Counted from the first letter of the stretch, positions 32,436-43,567 are shown. The stretch is DNA of 64,000 nt from Aulosira sp. ZfuVER01 (GCA_034530615.2 JAVRCV020000048.1:1-64000); one strand, 5' to 3'. Notes: a model not told the origin generated them from the sequence alone. A program made the numbers and translations.

Positions 32436-32818
32436 ATAGATTACTCTTGGATACTCATGCTTTAATATGGTTTGTCTCGAATGATACAAACTTGCCAGTT
32501 TCAACTAAAGAAAAGATTGAATCTGCTGAAACTGTTTTCTTCAGCATTGCCAGTCTTTGGGAGATGGCGATTAAACTCAACATTGGAAAACTAGCCCTAC
32601 AGGGTCTTTTTGAAGATATTGAACCGCAACTGATTGCTGCGGGTATAACAATTCTCCCTATTACATTTACCGATACTATTCAATTCCGTTATTTACCCCT
32701 GTATCATCGAGATCCGTTTGATCGGATTCTGGTAGCACAGGCGATGAATCATTGCCTCGTTTTAATTAGTCGCGATCCGGCTTTTGATGCCTATTCTATT
32801 CAGCGGATGTGGTTATGA
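32432..32818 (+). CDS. vapC: VapC-family PIN-domain toxin
   Basis: LLLDTHALIW, SIASLWE, HRDPFDRILVAQA and SRD acidic PIN motifs. Confidence 0.92.
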   Translation: MNRLLLDTHALIWFVSNDTNLPVSTKEKIESAETVFFSIASLWEMAIKLNIGKLALQGLFEDIEPQLIAAGITILPITFTDTIQFRYLPLYHRDPFDRILVAQAMNHCLVLISRDPAFDAYSIQRMWL

Positions 32819-33010
32819 AAAAGGGAAAAACTTCCATTTCTTCGTAATGTGGCTGGCTGTATTTCAACCGTGCAGAATAAAACTGATTCCCTTTAATAGA
32901 AATATCGACAGATACAGTATAAAATACCCGAATTCCGCAATATGGTGAAATAAGCTCAAAATATTATAATTTGCATCCTTTTAGCGCACTTGTCTCCCTA
33001 CAGAATTTAA

Positions 33011-33646
33011 TTAAACTGTTTCAACAACTGTTCCAACTACACAAGCCCTATCCAAATTCACACCGTTCAAATTCGCACCTTCTAACTCTGCACATAATAA
33101 ATTTGCGCCACTAAAATTCGCTCCTGCTAAATTTGCTCCACGTAAGTCGGCTTCTTCTAGATTTGCTTCACTTAATAATGCGCCTTGCAAATCAGCACGA
33201 CTCAAGTCTGCACCTTTAAGATTTGCTCCCGTCAGGTTAGCACCACGCAAGTCCGCACCGCGCAAATCAACGCCTTGCAAATTCACATTCATCAAATTGG
33301 CACCACTCAAGAAAGCACCTGCTAAAGCCACATCGCTGAGTGTCGCACCCATGAAGTTAGCACCGCGTAAATTGCTACCACGCAAATCCGCACCTGTTAA
33401 ATCTGCTTGCATCAGGTTTGCTCCCATGAGGTTTGCCCGTAAGTCAGTTGCTTGGAGATTGGCCCCCATCAAATTCGCGCCTTCTAAATGCCCACCTTCG
33501 AGTTTAGAACCAGTAAAATTGGTGCCGACAAGGGTAGCGCCTGCAAGATTAATGCGGCTTAAATCAAGCTGGCAGAGTTCCTCGTCTTCTAAATCTGCTC
33601 CTGGAAGTTGTTTGATATTTCCTAATTTAATGGCTTCAATATTCAT
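33011..33646 (-). CDS. Pentapeptide repeat protein
   Basis: Continuous A(D/N)LxG repeats across nearly the whole protein. Confidence 0.96.
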   Translation of the reverse strand: MNIEAIKLGNIKQLPGADLEDEELCQLDLSRINLAGATLVGTNFTGSKLEGGHLEGANLMGANLQATDLRANLMGANLMQADLTGADLRGSNLRGANFMGATLSDVALAGAFLSGANLMNVNLQGVDLRGADLRGANLTGANLKGADLSRADLQGALLSEANLEEADLRGANLAGANFSGANLLCAELEGANLNGVNLDRACVVGTVVETV

Positions 33647-35034
33647 TGCAGGTAACTACCAATCTCCTCACTAGTCTTATTTTGACTATCCCATCGGGAA
33701 TCAATTAGCCACATTCCAGCAGTGACTTTAGTTTCTATTAAGGGCAAGTCGAGTCCCTGTTGCAAACCCATAACTAACAAAGCTAGGGTATCTAAAAGTT
33801 TAGGGTCAAAGCGGGTTGATTGTTGTTTGCATTCATCTAAAGCTTGAGTAAAAATTTCTTCGCGGCTTGCTTGAGATGATTTTTTCTGATTGACTCGCCA
33901 TTGAAAGTCTGCGACTAAGGCTAAAATTCTCGATTCTAGGGGAATTTCATCTCCAGCTAAACCTGCTGGCTCTCCTTTACCGTTCCACCACTCGGTTTGA
34001 TGAGTAATAATTTGAGCAACTGCTCGTAACCTGGGCATGGTTCGCAATACTTGTGCGCCTGGTACTAAGGGGCAGCTTAAAGGAATACTGGGAGTTTCTT
34101 CGTTGTAACGTGTAGAACTAGGCACAAGAATGCTTTCTGCTTTCTGTAACGGATCTATGCGGTGCAACAAAGCAGCAAGGCGCAATCTTTTAATCTGCCA
34201 TGCGGGGAGATTTAACAGCTGCCCAATTGTTTCTGAGAGGGCTACAACTTCCGCCGCTGCCATTGGGTTGTTGATATCCGCCAGATCCATCAATTGTGCC
34301 ATCCGCAAGAATGCTTGGATTTCATTGGAAACCAAGTTACGATCTAGCACTTGTTGACGCAGTGCTGTGGGAAGCGATAGATTTTCTTGCCCCGTCTGGA
34401 GGTAATCTACAACGCGGGAGACTACTGCGCTCAAGTCTTCTGGTGTCACAAGACTCGGCTGAATAGAATCTTTGTGAGCCGTCAGCTTGTCCGCTAGTTC
34501 GGAATTGTATGGTCTAATATGAGCGATCGCTAATTCGGCTGTTTCTCTAACTAACTCTGGCTCAAATGTCCATAAGCCATAGAATTTACGCTCTACATCT
34601 GATGCAGGTAGCCCGGCACTGCCATAATCAGCTTCCGATAATTCTTGACAAATTACCATTGCCCTGTATCTGGGTGACAAAATAATTAAATGCCACTCCT
34701 GAGCGACTGGGTCGGCTGGATTTAAGGCTACCAAGTCTACATTAGGTAGTAAGCTTGTGGGATGTTCGGCAAAACCAGCATCAGAGGCTGCCATAATCAC
34801 AATCTCATCGCTGTACTTAGCGATGTCTGCATATCTTTCTGCTTCCTGGAGATACCATTTACCTTGTTGGAAGGCAGTTATTACTAAAGGTTTCCCATCA
34901 TCTTGGAGGATGTGATCTTCCAAGGCATGACACAGGGCAACTAAAGTATTTTTGTAGTACACCCCAAATCGAATTGGTCTAGCACTACGGCGATGAATAC
35001 TATCTAACTGTTGGAGTATAGAGCCTTCTAACAT
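33643..35034 (-). CDS. DICT sensory domain plus degenerate HD-GYP-like domain protein
   Basis: KNTLVALCHALED and QEWHLI DICT-like motifs; C-terminal GLAGDEIPLESRILAL and FDP; the HD and GYP motifs are altered. Confidence 0.85.
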   Translation of the reverse strand: MLEGSILQQLDSIHRRSARPIRFGVYYKNTLVALCHALEDHILQDDGKPLVITAFQQGKWYLQEAERYADIAKYSDEIVIMAASDAGFAEHPTSLLPNVDLVALNPADPVAQEWHLIILSPRYRAMVICQELSEADYGSAGLPASDVERKFYGLWTFEPELVRETAELAIAHIRPYNSELADKLTAHKDSIQPSLVTPEDLSAVVSRVVDYLQTGQENLSLPTALRQQVLDRNLVSNEIQAFLRMAQLMDLADINNPMAAAEVVALSETIGQLLNLPAWQIKRLRLAALLHRIDPLQKAESILVPSSTRYNEETPSIPLSCPLVPGAQVLRTMPRLRAVAQIITHQTEWWNGKGEPAGLAGDEIPLESRILALVADFQWRVNQKKSSQASREEIFTQALDECKQQSTRFDPKLLDTLALLVMGLQQGLDLPLIETKVTAGMWLIDSRWDSQNKTSEEIGSYLQ

Positions 35035-35512
35035 GGGGTTTAATCAAATGAACCGCAGAGGGGAGGAAGAAGATAAAGAATTTCTAATCTGTGTCTATTA
35101 CTCTTTTAAGTTTACTTTTCGAGGTACTAATTACGCTACAGACCAAAAATACTGATATTTTAGGAATTAATGTATCAATTAGTTGAAATACTATAAGAAA
35201 AACTGTGATAGCTACCACTAGTAAAATTTGCCTCTTGAGCAAAGGAGGTTTTTGCGATCGCGTCCAAAGCCTAAATAGTTAAGCGTGGCAAAAGTGAAGA
35301 AAGCACGTTTCCTCAACTATTCCACCTTTTGTAAGGAACGCCTTTACCCAAAGATACAGGCAAAATTTAGTTGTTGAAACTTTGATCGACTAGGGAAAGC
35401 GATCGCGAGTCTTCTAAGCTTAAGGCATTTTTAGTAGGGTATTTACTTAGTATAGGGGTTCTTTTTCTACTAATTAACTGGAGTAGGCAATTAGCCTACC
35501 CCATCTGAGTTA

Positions 35513-37102
35513 TCAAACACCTACCAAATATTTCTCGTTTTTCTCCATTGGTGCAGAAAGTGCTTCCTCTAAATCAGCACACCCCAATTTCTCTTCCAAG
35601 ATTTTCATGACTTCGCGGCCAAAGTCATTAGGGTTTTGTTGCCAAGCTTGCAAGCAGACTTCTCCAAAAAATGAACCAAGGGGTTCGGGATTCCAAAGAA
35701 GTTTTTTGGCTGTCCACGGCATTAAGCTCATAGGATTGTACCCCGGTTTGAGGATGCCCTGTTTAAAGGCATATTCTTCTAAGTGGGTATGGGGTTGTAG
35801 CCCAATAAAGAAAATGGCAGGTTCGACTTTATCAGCGCCAAAAATCCGTTCGAGTTCGCGGTGGTAGGCGATGGTTTGGCGTATGGTTTCGGGACGTTCG
35901 TCAATCACGTTAAAGGAGTAGTTGACGGAAACTAAGTCGTTGAAACCAGCTGCTTTTAAATCGCGACAGTTTTGCAACACGTTTCGCAGGTTATACCCCA
36001 TGCGCATTTTCCGCACGAGTTCCTGAGAACCACTGGTAATACCGATTTCAAAGTAGTTCATCCCGGTTTTCGCCATTAAGTCGCACAACTGGGGTGTTAG
36101 GTTGTCGGCTCTGATGTATGCTGCCCAGTAGATATCTGTCATCCCAGAATCGACAATTTTTTGGAGAAGTTCTACTGCATCATCGATAAATTTTCTGGCG
36201 GGGATGAATTGGGCATCAGTAAACCAAAAGTTGCGAATGCCGCGATTATATAATTGACGCATCTCAGCTACAACTTCATCTGCTGGGTTAATGCGTACCT
36301 GTTTGCCTTCAACCACAGTGTAAACACAATAACAGCAGTTATGAGGACATCCGCGTTTGGTTTGAACACCAATATAGAAGTCTTGTCCTTGCAGGTAGTA
36401 GTTAAATTCCGGCCAGATGCTTTCAATATAGTCGTAGTTACAAGCAGTTTTTTCTAGGGGAGTGGGTTGTTCGTGAATCAAGCGTTGTCGTGGTTGAGTT
36501 TCTCCGACTACATAACAGCGTTCATCACGAAACTCTTTACCTCGTAAAAATTTTTCTAACAAAGTTTCCCCTTCACCCACAGAGATAATTGTCCCTGGAG
36601 GTAAGCTTTTACCCAACTGTTCGTAAAATACGCTAACTGCACCACCACCGACAATTGCACGGGCAGCTTTTTCATACTTTTGGGCGCGTTGTAAACCGCG
36701 TTTAATCAAGCCCAGATTCCGCCATAACTCTACGTAGTAAGCGATGAAAATTCGCAGTCCACCCAAGGCCCCGCGTAATTTCACTAGGGGATTCTTCGCA
36801 TAGTAAAATTCAAAGGCATTTTGTAAAGGGTTTCCGCCACGACCACCAACTGGGGCGTATATTTGGATATCTCGCCAAGAGAATACCAGCAGTGTTGGTT
36901 TAAATTCATCGATACAACGCTCTAGAGCTTGGGCATAATCTAAAGGTGGTACACAGCCCAAATCGAAGATGCGTTGTTCAATATTAGGAAACTGTTTGTG
37001 TACGTGATCGCTTAGGTAGACAACCCCAATAGGAAAGATGGGGTTACAGGGAAGGCGAACGTAAAGAATTCGATTTTCCATTGTGCTTGCTTTAACTGCC
37101 AT
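35513..37102 (-). CDS. B12-binding radical SAM protein (PSII high-light acclimation / Slr0320-like)
   Basis: RGCPHNCCYC motif; N-terminus RILYVRLPCNPIFPIG recalled as typical of this family. Confidence 0.85.
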   Translation of the reverse strand: MAVKASTMENRILYVRLPCNPIFPIGVVYLSDHVHKQFPNIEQRIFDLGCVPPLDYAQALERCIDEFKPTLLVFSWRDIQIYAPVGGRGGNPLQNAFEFYYAKNPLVKLRGALGGLRIFIAYYVELWRNLGLIKRGLQRAQKYEKAARAIVGGGAVSVFYEQLGKSLPPGTIISVGEGETLLEKFLRGKEFRDERCYVVGETQPRQRLIHEQPTPLEKTACNYDYIESIWPEFNYYLQGQDFYIGVQTKRGCPHNCCYCVYTVVEGKQVRINPADEVVAEMRQLYNRGIRNFWFTDAQFIPARKFIDDAVELLQKIVDSGMTDIYWAAYIRADNLTPQLCDLMAKTGMNYFEIGITSGSQELVRKMRMGYNLRNVLQNCRDLKAAGFNDLVSVNYSFNVIDERPETIRQTIAYHRELERIFGADKVEPAIFFIGLQPHTHLEEYAFKQGILKPGYNPMSLMPWTAKKLLWNPEPLGSFFGEVCLQAWQQNPNDFGREVMKILEEKLGCADLEEALSAPMEKNEKYLVGV

Positions 37103-37629
37103 CTTGCCGTTCTTCTGGGGAAAGAAAGTGAAATAAACATCCAGTGTTTAACTGTATGTATTGATTTTGTCTGCTCTGTGCGATCGCGCTTGACATTGCC
37201 TATCATTAGGCATCGCATCCATCAGAGCAGTTTTATGAAGATATTTTTCATATAGCTTTACCATAACATTGAGCTTATTCATTAAGCGATGATTCTCATC
37301 TGTGACTCTTGCGAATAGAGGGAACAAAAACCTCACTTCTACTTTGAGGAATAGCTTAGGGGATCGTTACCATGCCATACCCCCTATTTATCTTGATTCA
37401 AAAATTTATAGGTGTTTTATCAAAGAATGAATATAAAAAAATTCCTTTATAGTGTATAATTGTAAAAAAATCATAGATATTTACAAAAATTTCATATTGG
37501 ATACCTATCTTTAGATAGAAATAATGCAGAAATGTGCAGTTGGTAGTCGGAGTTACAGCTTGTGGGGATCGCCCAGTGTTAGTTTTGCTGGTGTAATGTA
37601 AAATTGTGGCGTAAAGCTCCTCAGCAGTT

Positions 37630-38025
37630 ATGGCTCAAATACTAGATCCTCTACCACCTGAGCAATCGGGGAAAATTCTCTGCTGCTACATGAATGCCAC
37701 GAGCAAAATCCAGGTTGCCCGCATCACCAATATTCCCAATTGGTACTTTGAAAGGGTTGTCTTTCCTGGACAGCGCCTCGTGTTTGAAGCCCCTCAAGAA
37801 GCTCAAATGGAGATTCATACGGGGATGATGGCAAGTGCAATTTTATCGGACACAATTCCGTGTGTTCGTCTTGCAATCAATGAGCCTGGTACTCATGAGT
37901 TGGGTAGCAACTCAGAAGTAGCCCTAGACTCTATTAATACAAAACCAATGGTGCAGCCAATTAATACAAAAACTGAAGATACAACAAAACCCTTAACAAT
38001 AGCTGGTTTAGCATCAGTTGATTAA
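37630..38025 (+). CDS. DUF1830-domain protein
   Basis: YMNATSKIQVARI and FERVVFPGQRLVFEAP motifs. Confidence 0.85.
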   Translation: MAQILDPLPPEQSGKILCCYMNATSKIQVARITNIPNWYFERVVFPGQRLVFEAPQEAQMEIHTGMMASAILSDTIPCVRLAINEPGTHELGSNSEVALDSINTKPMVQPINTKTEDTTKPLTIAGLASVD

Positions 38026-38044
38026 AAAAAATTTTCTCAAAATT

Positions 38045-38072
38045 AAAGGTTGCTGAATTCAGCAACCCTTTT
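38045..38072 (+). terminator. Terminator-like palindrome after the DUF1830 gene
   Basis: GGTTGCTGA-AT-TCAGCAACC followed by a T run. Confidence 0.6.
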
Positions 38073-38165
38073 TGTTGGTTAGTCATTTGTCATTTGTCAT
38101 TTCTCCCCCTGCTCCCCCATACCCCTCATCTTCCCTAGTGCCCTCTGTGCTCTACAATCATTGGT

Positions 38166-38627
38166 ATGAATTTGCCTTCTTTTCTTTGGTTGTGGAAAAT
38201 AGCTGCTTGGTCGATGGGGTTATCCTTACTGGCATATCTAATGTTAGCGACCACGGGCTTTTGGATGTTTCAAGCGAGAACCTCCCAACACCCTCCTAGT
38301 TTCCCGTTGTTGAATAGAGGACACGACGGGATGCGATCGCTTCACTATGCGATTGGCATAAGCATGGTCAGTTTAGTGCTACTACTACTGGCAATTGGCA
38401 TTATTGGCACGTTGGGTCATTTTGGTTCTTTGGGACAATCCTCACACTTGGTTGCAGGATTAGTAGTAGTAGTATTAGTTTTGCTTTCTGCTGTCAGTGC
38501 TACACAAATAAGCGTGGAAAAACCTTGGGTTAGAAATTTGCACGTGGGAATAAATATTATTCTGTTTATAGGTTTTGCTTGGGTATCACTTACTGGTTGG
38601 AGTGTAGTACAAAAGTATTTGCCTTAA
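38166..38627 (+). CDS. DUF4079-family membrane protein
   Basis: Four hydrophobic helices with spaced His residues (RSLH, SSHL, RNLH); ends VVQKYLP. Confidence 0.8.
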   Translation: MNLPSFLWLWKIAAWSMGLSLLAYLMLATTGFWMFQARTSQHPPSFPLLNRGHDGMRSLHYAIGISMVSLVLLLLAIGIIGTLGHFGSLGQSSHLVAGLVVVVLVLLSAVSATQISVEKPWVRNLHVGINIILFIGFAWVSLTGWSVVQKYLP

Positions 38628-38770
38628 TTTCTCGCTAATCTCGGCTAGGCGATCGCTAATTTTATCAAGAGCAAATTTAGGGAACCTTCTCCAAACATTA
38701 GCATCAAAGACTGAATGCGCCTCCAGTTCCTAGATAAGATGAAATTAAAGTAACCAAGCGTGATTGAGCC

Positions 38771-39304
38771 GTGACAGCTTCTATTTTCCATCTTTCGCCG
38801 TTGATTCGGATAACGCTGTTGAGTTTATATTTAGCACTCACAGTACCATTACCTTTTTTGGCCCAAGCAACAGCCGCACCCATACCACCAGCGTTATTGT
38901 GGTTAGGAATTACCATCGGTCTACTCGCCTTGTATGCAGTATTAACTGAACGAGTTATCTTAGACGACCAGGGAATTCAGGTGACTTATCCAGTTTGGGT
39001 ACCGCGTTTTTTTCGTAAAGGTTGGTCTTTGGCTTGGTCTGAGGTGAAAGAGTTAAAACCTCGCACTACTGGTCAAGGAGGTATAGTATATTATTTCCTC
39101 AGTCAGGAAGGAAAAGCTTATTTATTACCGATGCGTGTAGTTGGATTTGCGCAACTAGTCAGGCAAGTACAAGCAAAGACAGGTATTGACACCACAGATG
39201 TGCGTCCTTTAGCACAGCCTTGGATGTATTTGATTTTGCTAGGTTTCACATTATTATTGCTGTTGATAGATGCTTGGACTATCTCCACAGCCTTAAATCA
39301 GTGA
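38771..39304 (+). CDS. Hypothetical membrane protein
   Basis: Three hydrophobic segments and TTGQGGIVYYF; co-oriented in the cluster. Confidence 0.8.
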   Translation: MTASIFHLSPLIRITLLSLYLALTVPLPFLAQATAAPIPPALLWLGITIGLLALYAVLTERVILDDQGIQVTYPVWVPRFFRKGWSLAWSEVKELKPRTTGQGGIVYYFLSQEGKAYLLPMRVVGFAQLVRQVQAKTGIDTTDVRPLAQPWMYLILLGFTLLLLLIDAWTISTALNQ

Positions 39305-39350
39305 ACCCTGAACCTAATTCTTCATTTCTATAAGGTTAAGTACATCAAAG

Positions 39351-40139
39351 TTGAACTTGGATAATGTCACCCCAAAAGCCATACTCCGGCTAGAGCAAGT
39401 CAATCTGTTTACGAAGCTCAAAACCCAAATTTCTAGGAACCATCAAGGATATCCCATATTACAGGATATTGCTTTTGAGCTATTCCCAGAGGAGCGCATT
39501 GCCATTGTCGGTTCATCGGGTGCAGGGAAAACAGTGTTGTTCAAGCTGATTAACCGCTTGATTGAACCTACTAGTGGCAAAATATTTCTGGAGAATCAGG
39601 AATATCGCCAAATTCCCATAGTCCAGTTACGCCAGGTAGTGACACTGGTCTTGCAAGAGTCTAAGCTTTTGGGGATGACAGTTGAGCAAGCATTGGCGTA
39701 TCCACTGGTTTTGCGTGGTTTACCCAAACAGACAATTCAGCAGCGAGTCAATGATTGGATAGAAAAACTGCGTATTCCCAGTGATTGGTTAGGAAAGACT
39801 GAAGTGCAACTTTCAGCTGGACAGCGACAGTTAGTAGCGATCGCACGTGCCTTAGTCATCCAACCTAAAATTTTATTATTAGACGAGCCAACCTCTGCCT
39901 TAGATGTTGGTACAGCTTCCCATCTGATGGAAGTCTTAACTCAGCTGGCTCCCACTCATCACACCACAATTTTGATGGTAAATCACCAGCTAGAGCTAGC
40001 ACAGTTATTTTGTACACGACTATTAAACTTACAGCAGGGTAGGTTGTTGGTAGATCAAACGGCCTCTGAGATAGACTGGATTAACTTACGAGCAAGCTTG
40101 ATGCACGCAGAAGCTCAAGTATCGGAAGAGTGGATTTAG
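39351..40139 (+). CDS. ABC transporter ATP-binding protein
   Basis: Walker A GSSGAGKT, signature LSAGQRQ, Walker B LLLDEPT. Confidence 0.93.
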   Translation: MNLDNVTPKAILRLEQVNLFTKLKTQISRNHQGYPILQDIAFELFPEERIAIVGSSGAGKTVLFKLINRLIEPTSGKIFLENQEYRQIPIVQLRQVVTLVLQESKLLGMTVEQALAYPLVLRGLPKQTIQQRVNDWIEKLRIPSDWLGKTEVQLSAGQRQLVAIARALVIQPKILLLDEPTSALDVGTASHLMEVLTQLAPTHHTTILMVNHQLELAQLFCTRLLNLQQGRLLVDQTASEIDWINLRASLMHAEAQVSEEWI

Positions 40140-40216
40140 TCAAGAGTCAATAGTAAATGGACATTTGTCCTTTCTCCCTTGCTCCCTGCTCCCCTGCTTT
40201 TTCTCCCTCATCTTCG

Positions 40217-40987
40217 CTATACACGTTGAGTACTAAGTGTTGAGCGTTGATTGCTAAATCTCTCTTTAGGCAACTTTGTTGGTGATTGGGGAATATTGGA
40301 ATTTAAAATTTCCATGTTAAATCGGTATCCGACATTACGGATGGTTTGAATTAAACTAGGTTGCCTAGGATCGAGTTCAACTTTTTTCCGCAGTGATAAA
40401 ACATGAGTATCAATAGTGCGCGGATTGTCAATCGCATCAGGCCATGCTCGTCGTAGCAATTCTGACCTAGATAGAGGCACTCCTCCAGCTTGAGCCAAAA
40501 CGTATAATAAACTAAATTCCTGGGGCGTTAAGTCAATAAACTCCCCTTGAAATCTTACCCGACGCTGCACTAAATCAATTTGCAGGGCACCATAATCTAG
40601 ATAAGCTGGTGCAACAGGTGTCCGGTTACGACGAATTAGTGCTTCTACCCTTGCTAAAAACTCTTGCATCCCAAAAGGTTTGCTCAAGTAATCATCTGCT
40701 CCCGCCTTTAAACCTGCGACAATATCAGCTTCATTAGTACGGGCAGAAAGCATGAGAATTAGAGGTTGTTGTTGACGGTTCAACCAACGACAAAACTCAA
40801 TACCATCACCATCAGGCAAATCAGCATCAAGAATTACTAGTGTCGGTTGCTGGCTCAAAAACACTTCCCTTGCTTGATATATGCTGGCGGCTTGGTGTAC
40901 CCGGTATTCCAACTGTTGTAAGTGCCAACCTAGCAACGACCTCAGATGAGGATTCCCCTCAACGATTTCAATACAAACCGAACCCAC
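40217..40987 (-). CDS. nrrA: OmpR-family nitrogen-regulated response regulator NrrA
   Basis: Receiver plus winged-helix domain; N-terminus MGSVCIEIVEGNPHLRSLLGWHLQQ recognised as NrrA (All4312-like); NtcA promoter upstream. Confidence 0.9.
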   Translation of the reverse strand: MGSVCIEIVEGNPHLRSLLGWHLQQLEYRVHQAASIYQAREVFLSQQPTLVILDADLPDGDGIEFCRWLNRQQQPLILMLSARTNEADIVAGLKAGADDYLSKPFGMQEFLARVEALIRRNRTPVAPAYLDYGALQIDLVQRRVRFQGEFIDLTPQEFSLLYVLAQAGGVPLSRSELLRRAWPDAIDNPRTIDTHVLSLRKKVELDPRQPSLIQTIRNVGYRFNMEILNSNIPQSPTKLPKERFSNQRSTLSTQRV

Positions 40988-41019
40988 GGTGGCAAGACCC
41001 CTTAGCGTTGATGACTTTC

Positions 41020-41061
41020 AAAGTAACAAGCCCATGCCCAAGGTTTTGTAGCCTTTGTTAC
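41020..41061 (-). promoter_or_regulatory. NtcA-activated promoter of nrrA
   Basis: Minus strand GTA-ACAAAGGC-TAC (41061-41048), a 22-nt spacer, then TACTTT (TAN3T) at 41025-41020: the canonical class II NtcA geometry. Confidence 0.9.
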
Positions 41062-41541
41062 CCCAATCCCTATTGGCTTTAGATTTCCCGATAGCGATAT
41101 TGGCTAGAAGTTTAACTTATGCTTTGCCCCAAGCCGATTAGTAATATTCTTAAATTTTTGTTAGACTTATTGAAATTAGTTCTGCCTAAACATCCTAGCT
41201 CCTAAAAGCGGGTAATGTACCAAAACACTATGACAAAAAAAGCTCATCATTACCAAAGCTATCTTTCAGCCTTATGGTAACAGCAGATTGCGTCTTGCAG
41301 AAGTTGTTTTTGCCATCCCTCAGAAAAGCTAGGATGTTAAAAAACGGAATTATAAAAATAGCTTACCAATTAATCTTATTCCATGTTTTCTGGAATAGGA
41401 TCAAAATACGTTGTAGCTGCTGGAGGGTAATGCCCAAAGTAGAGATATTGATTTTGACTCCATGCCGAGGGGAAAGTGACACTTCACATTTCCGCGTGAA
41501 TCATTTACAATTCTCATTCCAAAGAGATTAATTCAGCAGTT

Positions 41542-41796
41542 ATGCTCCAAGACACACAAACCATCCGCTATTACCAAAGAATCACCGACGCCTTCGTCGA
41601 GTTATGGAATCGCGGTTATCGTATGGACGATATGCGGATGTATTTGGATGGATATTTAGCCGCGCTGAGACATGGGAACGCCATTGAACCTTATCTGATT
41701 CATCGTCTAGAAGAGGAAGCCAGCCGCTACTTGTACGATGCATCAAATTTTGCTATGACGCAACCAGAACCAGAACCACAACATGATTACTACTAA
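41542..41796 (+). CDS. Conserved small cyanobacterial protein (DUF6761-like)
   Basis: MLQDTQTIRYYQR, YLDGYLAAL and IHRLEEE motifs; divergent from nrrA. Confidence 0.82.
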   Translation: MLQDTQTIRYYQRITDAFVELWNRGYRMDDMRMYLDGYLAALRHGNAIEPYLIHRLEEEASRYLYDASNFAMTQPEPEPQHDYY

Positions 41797-41921
41797 CTAA
41801 TGCCTTTTCTTTGGTCATTGTTAGTAACCACTAATCAACGCAGATGATTATAACATATTACCTGCATTGATCAAGGGGTAGAGTGGTGTGGAATTTAGGA
41901 GATATTTCTTTGATAAAACAT

Positions 41922-41969
41922 ATCCCCCCAGTGAAGTTTTGGTTTTTCCTATGCACTGAGGGGATTTTT
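41922..41969 (+). terminator. Intrinsic terminator
   Basis: ATCCCCCCAGTG / CACTGAGGGGAT imperfect stem followed by TTTT. Confidence 0.55.
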
Positions 41970-42235
41970 AGCACTACTACTGCTAAATTTCAGCGTCTAC
42001 AGGGGTTCTCAGTTGCGTGCAATCAATTTTGATAGGGTAAAAGGTAATAAGCTAGTACCGCTGCGCGGAAGTCAAAATACTTTGACGCGATCGCTCTCCA
42101 ATCTCATCTCATGTTCACGATGAAAAATTCCTGACTTAGCTGCATAAAATTTTGATAAACCTCTGATAAATTTATTGGTGTTTTGAGGTACGAAAAGGTT
42201 ATGGGGGAGTCATAGAGTTAACTTTTGAGCAAGCA

Positions 42236-43567
42236 ATGCTGGTTTTGGATAGAGTATTGCAAAAAAAGCATTTAAGTAATATCCAAGAGCTAGTACTGAG
42301 ATTGTGTTGGCAAGGATATACTTATGCAGAGATTGCTGAAAGCTCAGGTTATGACGATGATTACATCCGAGACGTAGGCTTCCGGTTATGGCAGACTCTC
42401 TCAAAAGCACTGGGAGAAAATATTGCTAAAAGTAACGTCAAAACAGTTTTGCGACGTTATTATTCCAGTCTTGTACAAGCCGAATCACAACTATCTTCAA
42501 CCGCAGCATTTAAAATCGCTAACACTCAGAAACAGCAAGACTGGGGAGAAGCAATTGATGTTTCTATGTTCTATGGACGCACAGTAGAACAAGCATTGTT
42601 GCGACAGTGGATAGTTGATGAAAAATGCCGCTTGGTGATGCTGCTAGGGTTGGGTGGGATTGGCAAAACAGCTTTGTCTGTGAAAGTCGCAGAACAGTTG
42701 CAAAGCCAGTTTGATTTCGTAATTTGGCGTAGTCTTAGAAATAGCCCACCAATTTTTGAACTCATGGGGGAGCTAATTTCGTTCTGCTCCCAGCAAACAG
42801 AAGTAAATTTGCCAGAAACTATAGATAGTCAAATTTCTTGTTTGATTAAGCACTTACGCGCCCAACGCTGCCTGATTTTATTGGATAATATCGAATCAAT
42901 TTTGCAAAGTGGGAAAAGCACAGGGCACTATTGCGCTGGATATGAAGGATATGGTCAACTTCTCAGACGAGTGGGAGATGAAGTTCATCAAAGTTGCTTA
43001 TTATTTACTAGTCGAGAAACACCAAGTGGGTTTACAGCTAGGGAAGGTGAAACTCTGCCAGTGCGATCGCTACAATTAACTGGTTTGTCTGGGGTAGAAT
43101 CACAGCAAATTCTCGCGGCTAAAGGACTAGTAGATTCAACAGTTGAGAGTGACAAACTTATTCAACGTTATGCAGGTAATCCTCTAGCTTTGAAAATTGT
43201 CGCAACGGCAATCCAATACCTATTTGATGGTAATATTTCTCAATTTTTACAGCAAAGTCCTGTTGTTTTTGGCGATCTTTGGGAAATATTAGAGCAACAG
43301 TTCCATCGTCTTTCTGCTAATGAAAAGCAAGTGATGTACTCGCTAGCGGTCAAACAAGATTGGGTAACGCTAAAACAATTGCAGCGATATGTCATACCGC
43401 ATCTCTCCGAGCGAGAATTACTAGAAGCGCTCTTGTCTTTGCAAAGGCGATCGCTCATTGAACAGCAATCAGGCAATTATACTCAACAGCCTGTGGTGAT
43501 GGAATACATCACGGACAAATTGATTGGTGAGGTATGCTGCGAAATACCCACTGAGGAAATTGAATAA
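42236..43567 (+). pseudogene. Truncated HTH plus NB-ARC (STAND NTPase) gene lacking a C-terminal repeat domain
   Basis: N-terminal HTH (TYAEIAE...LWQTLSKALGE), P-loop GLGGIGKT, Walker B LILLDN and GNPLAL. It ends 29 nt before an IS end. Confidence 0.75.

Noticed and set aside
32800..32977. Open frame of about 55 codons on the minus strand downstream of vapC, possibly frameshifted at its start
   Set aside because: No recognisable motif; cannot be distinguished from chance without a search.
35204..35219. TGTGA-N6-CCACT upstream of the DICT gene
   Set aside because: The second half-site has two mismatches to the CRP consensus; too weak without conservation data.
42052..42086. CTAGTACCGCTGCGCGGAAGTCAAAA, reminiscent of a Nostoc repeat end
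   Set aside because: Only one end is present and there is no second copy in the window; the resemblance is from memory only.
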